From Chiloscyllium plagiosum (lineage: Eukaryota), in the NCBI RefSeq assembly GCF_004010195.1, contig NC_057749.1, positions 14,055,078-14,119,077 on the forward strand: a DNA stretch of 64,000 nucleotides, read 5' to 3'. Shown piece by piece: positions 59,954 to 64,000 of this stretch. Made by a program: the position numbers and the translations under genes. The notes beneath the pieces were generated by a model. The model had not been told where the DNA came from. It ran no database searches and saw only the letters and a list, made by a program, of their open reading frames with translations. Position 1 is the stretch's first letter. Every line of letters starts with the position of its first letter.

Positions 59954-60580
59954 TGAGGGGGCAGTGCATTCAAAAGTAATTGGTAATAATTAGATGAAAA
60001 AAATTTAAGAGTAATTCCATTTCTGGTAAGATCATTAAAATTTGAGACTTGAAGAAACTAGTGGAGATTGTGGGTTATACTTGGATCATTATGAGATATC
60101 TCCATGACTGAGGGGGCAGTGCATTCAAAAGTAATTGGTAGTAATTAGATGAAAAAAAATTAAGAGTAGATTAGATTAGATTACTTACAGTGTGGAAACA
60201 GGCCCTTCGGCCCAACAAGTCCAAACCCACCCATACCCCTACATTTACCCCTTTAACCTAACACTACAGGCAATTTAGCACGGCCAATTCACCTGACCCT
60301 CACATTTTTGGATTGTGGGAGGAAACCAGAGCACCCGGAGGAAACCCACGCAGACACGGGGAGAACGTGCAAACTCCACACAGTCAGTCGCCTGAGTTGG
60401 GAATTGAACCCGGGTCTCTGGTGCTGTGAGGCAGCAGTGCTAACCACTGTGCCGCCCACCTGCCACCGTGCCACCCACAAGTAATTCCATTTCTGGTAAG
60501 ATCATTAAAATTTGAGACTTGAAGAAACTAGTGGAGATTGTGGGTTATACTTGGATCATTATGAGATATCTCCATGACTG
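59954..60580. repeat. 155-bp tandem duplication; second unit interrupted by a young SINE (60169-60478, minus)
   Basis: Unit 1 59954-60108; unit 2 60109-60168 plus 60480-60580; nearly identical. Confidence 0.92.
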
Positions 60581-63220
60581 TACACACATGATAGGCAAAC
60601 ATCATTGATTCACTCTGTCCTCTGCCCCCCATAGCAATAAAACAAGTTAACAGTTCTGATGTTTGTACATTCTCACGGGCTGACAAATTAAGTCCATTAG
60701 GAATACTATGCTTACAATAAAACTTGAAGCCTGCCCTGCAGTAAAACAATAGATGCCTCGTACAAAGAGCAGTTTTGTAGATCAGGTAACATCAAAGCAG
60801 CTCAGAGTCTATTGAAAGTTCTTACCGTGACACCAAACACAAAAGCGTTGTGAACAATGGCACAAGCTGTAATTCCTGATTGTTACTTCTGTCTCTTTTT
60901 CTCCCATGACCGTGAAGCTGAGCTATGTTGTATTGCACCAGTCAAGCGCTCAAACTACAGTGGTGCGAGCAACTTCTGCTTTAGTTCTCTACTGTAGGTT
61001 TGGGCAGACCTGCAGCACCACTACCGTGGAGTACAGCAAGGATGCAGGCCCTGAATTCAAGCCAGCCAGAAAAGGGATTGAACCCAGTGGTGTTGGCACC
61101 GGTCAGCCAAGCTCAGCAGAACCTCTTCCCACCTGCCTCTGGTCATCCAGGCTGCAGTTATTATGGTATCATATGGTTCTATTGTTGTGCTGTGGTCCAG
61201 AGTTAGGGACAGTGATGGCCAAGTCCATGCATGCCTGACCAGGAATGCACCCAACTCTTACACCTGCCATTGGTGTATTAGAAGGACTTGAAGATTGATA
61301 ACATTGCCAGGCAGGTTGATGACTGCACCAGAAGACCTCCAGCAGTTTAGTGACAGATTATTTGAGTACAAATTGCAGGCAGCAGAGCACAACCAACTTG
61401 TGTGATGCCCTTTTGCACAAATGTCAAATACGAACAAGGGCATTTTTTCTTAGAATCCCTACAGTGCAGACAGAAGTTGTTTAGCCAGTCTGCACTGACT
61501 CAGAGGCACATCCCATCCAAACCCAACCTTCTACCCTACCCTACCCTATCCCTGTAACCCTGCATTTCCCATGGCCAATCCACCTAGCCTGCACATTCCT
61601 TAGACACGATGGACAACTTCGCATGATCAATTCATCTAACCTGCACATCTTTGGACTGTGGGAGGAAACCGAAGCACCTGATGGAAACCTATAGACACTG
61701 GGAGAAATGTGCAAACTCCACAGATGGCCACTCAAGGTTGGAAGCAAATCTGTGTTGCCCCCGACTGTGCCATCATCCTGCTCCTTTCCTCCACACCCAC
61801 CCCCCACCACCACCTCACCTATCACCAGTCATTTTTCCCCTAATCCCCCTCTCCTCACCATTCCACCATTACTCGAGGACCCACATTGAAGCTCCTGTAC
61901 TGTTTATCCTACGGAGCTCAATTAACTCAGTATAGGATGGCCACTTAACCGTAAAGTTCCCTGGCCGCTACACAACTGTTCCTCAAGCTGGCTCTACATT
62001 TGCTTAAAAATTCAGGTAGTGGTTAGGATTGTAAATAATGGCAGCCTCAAAATCTATGATAAAGGTTAAGGTGATGGGGGTGTGGGGGGCTAATATTTGA
62101 TTAAACACTGTGGAAAGAGAGAATTTTTGCCACAATCCTTAAATACCTGCAAGATTGGACAACTGAATATTTATCTTGTTTTAGGCTTAAACAGCATCAG
62201 CTATACTAAACACTATTCATTGTTAAGAACTATGGTTGATAAATAATAGAGAGTCATTTGTGGCATGACAGTTCCTGGAAATTCAGTTAGACCATGCCAA
62301 CGCCTTGTATGTAAATATCAGGAATACCAGAGCTAAGTAGAACACTCTCCCTGTTGTCTGGTCGAGACAGGCACTAGCTGGAGATAAAATTAAAGACTAT
62401 ACTTATGTAATACCCTTTACCATCTTGGAATATTCCAAAGTGCTTTACAGCCAATGAAATACTTTACACATTTATATTTGGTTACAAGATGTGAAAATCA
62501 AATGGCTTCAAACTACTTTGTAGTTCCAAGCTCCTCTTGCAGGTTTAAAATTTACTTGTAATTAGTTTAGAGATTTACCATTTTTGTTTTGACTGTTTTC
62601 TCAATATCTTTGGCTGAACATCTATAAATGCGCCTTGAGACTACCCCAAAGCTCTTTACTAAACAGAGTACAGTATGAAGCAAAAATTATTTGTAGCACA
62701 GGACGCATGACAGCTAAATGTGTCTCCACTCAAGGCAAAAAGGGCATTAAGTGACTAGTTGGATCCTTTGATGGCTAGGCATTCTAGATAACTCCCCTGT
62801 TCTTTGAATCATGCCACAGGACAGTTTTATTGGTTTTTGTCGCATCCAAAAAGGCACTTTGCAAAGAGTGGAATTCCCCAGGTTGTATCAGCTTAGATTT
62901 CGTACCCATGTTTCTGGGTTGAACTTCAGACTGTGCACTACCAATAGGTTTAATATTCTAGATAGTTCACAGTCCCTGGTTAACTACCTTCTGCATGAAC
63001 CCGATGCATGCTATATTGTCTACCATGAATGCAGTGCTCTTTTCACTGCAAATATAGGTAACAGGCACAAAATGGGTTTGTAAGAAGATAGGGGTGTTGT
63101 TGTAATGTCACTGGATTACTAATCCAGAGGCCCAGGCTAATGGTCTGGAACTACTACTTCTAGTCCTACTATAGCAACTGGTTCATTTGATTAAAACGGG
63201 AATTGAAAACTAGCAATTGT

Positions 63221-63563
63221 TGTGGCTCTGTTCGCCGAACTGGAAGTTTTTGTTGCAAACGTTTCGTCCCCTGTCTAGGTGACATCCTCAGTGCTTGGGA
63301 GCCTCCTGTGAAGCGCTTCTGTGGTGTTTCCTCCGGCATTTATAGTGGCCTGTCCCTGCCGCTTCCAGTTGACAACCGGAAGCGGCAGGGACAGGCCACT
63401 ATAAATGCCGGAGGAAACACCACAGAAGCGCTTCACAGGAGGCTCCCAAGCACTGAGGATGTCACCTAGACAGGGGACGAAACGTTTGCAACAAAAACTT
63501 CCAGCTCGGCGAACAGAACCACAGCAACGAGCCCCCGAGCTACAAATCTTCTCACAAACTTTG
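63221..63563. mobile_element. Young fold-back Penelope-like insertion, family D
   Basis: 151-bp arms (63221-63371 / 63373-63523, ~3 mismatches), 40-nt tail, exact 13-bp TSD aactagcaattgt (63208-20, 63564-76). Confidence 0.93.
63450..63489 (+). ncRNA. Minimal type I hammerhead ribozyme motif (family D); mirror copy on the minus strand at 63255-63294
   Basis: GCA-CTGAGGA-T-GTCACCT-AGAC-AGGGGAC-GAAA-CG-TT-TGC: stem I GCA/TGC, stem II 6 of 7 bp, palindromic ACGT stem III. Confidence 0.82.
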
Positions 63564-64000
63564 AACTAGCAATTGTAACTACAAAACCCATCATTGATTA
63601 TCCAAAAAAAAAAAAAATCAGATTCACTAATGGAAGGAATTTGTCAATCTTACCTGGCCCTTCCATGTGACTGCACACACAGCAATGTGGTTGACTCAAC
63701 TGCTGTCTGAAATGGCCTGTCAAAATAATTCAGTTCTAGCACAATTAGGGATTGGTGACAGCTATCCCTTCAAAAGAATTTTCAAGTTGTCCAAGTTATA
63801 ATCACCCCCACAAGTTTTCTCTTTTAGTTTCAGAAAGGATTGATTCTTGCATATCATACAAATAACACTAACAAATGATGAGATAGTTTTATAGTGATAT
63901 TTGTTGAAGATGATCACATTCAAGTGATTGTGAACAATTTAATTGTTATACTTCCCATTCACAAGGGGTCGAAGAACTGTACTAAAATATCCCAAGATCA

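Larger units (their letters stand above)
63091..63762 (+). mobile_element. Old SINE-like element with LINE-derived tail, host of the family D palindrome
   Basis: gtaatgtcactggattactaatccagaggcccaggctaat head and caattagggattgg tail, shared with many decayed copies (e.g. 41530, 50435). Confidence 0.6.

Noticed and set aside
58660..60870. Possible minus-strand exons (60825-60865, ~58853-58975, ~58690-58786) of a downstream gene
   Set aside because: Purine-rich acceptors, an implied 66-nt intron and no recognisable homology (I saw no tetraspanin-like sequence as human synteny might suggest); needs RNA-seq.
61280..61310. KDLKIDNI, similar to a kinase catalytic loop
   Set aside because: Preceded by an in-frame stop, with no other kinase motifs or splice signals; chance match.

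Overview
Vertebrate genomic DNA, almost certainly from a shark; this is inferred from the repeats (HE1/V-SINE-like tRNA SINEs, HER1/CR1 LINEs, Penelope-like elements). The window holds the 3' three-quarters of one + strand gene, PSTPIP1 (F-BAR + SH3 adaptor). I traced 12 coding exons by hand, matching human exons ~4-15 (8329-51623, all GT-AG, frame-consistent), plus a candidate extra 33-nt microexon and a ~2.5 kb 3' UTR. Exons 1-3 were not found and probably lie upstream. Almost all ORFs in the supplied track are repeat debris. The most striking non-genic signal is a dense set of short fold-back (inverted-arm + ~30-40 nt tail) Penelope-like insertions from at least four sequence families. Each family carries a minimal hammerhead ribozyme motif (CUGANGA...GAAA-NN-UH), and many copies have 8-15 bp target-site duplications. 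The best example is a near-perfect 151-bp-arm palindrome at 63221-63563. Also present: solo LTRs, a strong CTCF motif, local duplications and one assembly gap. Repeat boundaries are approximate and family names come from recognition, not from a search.
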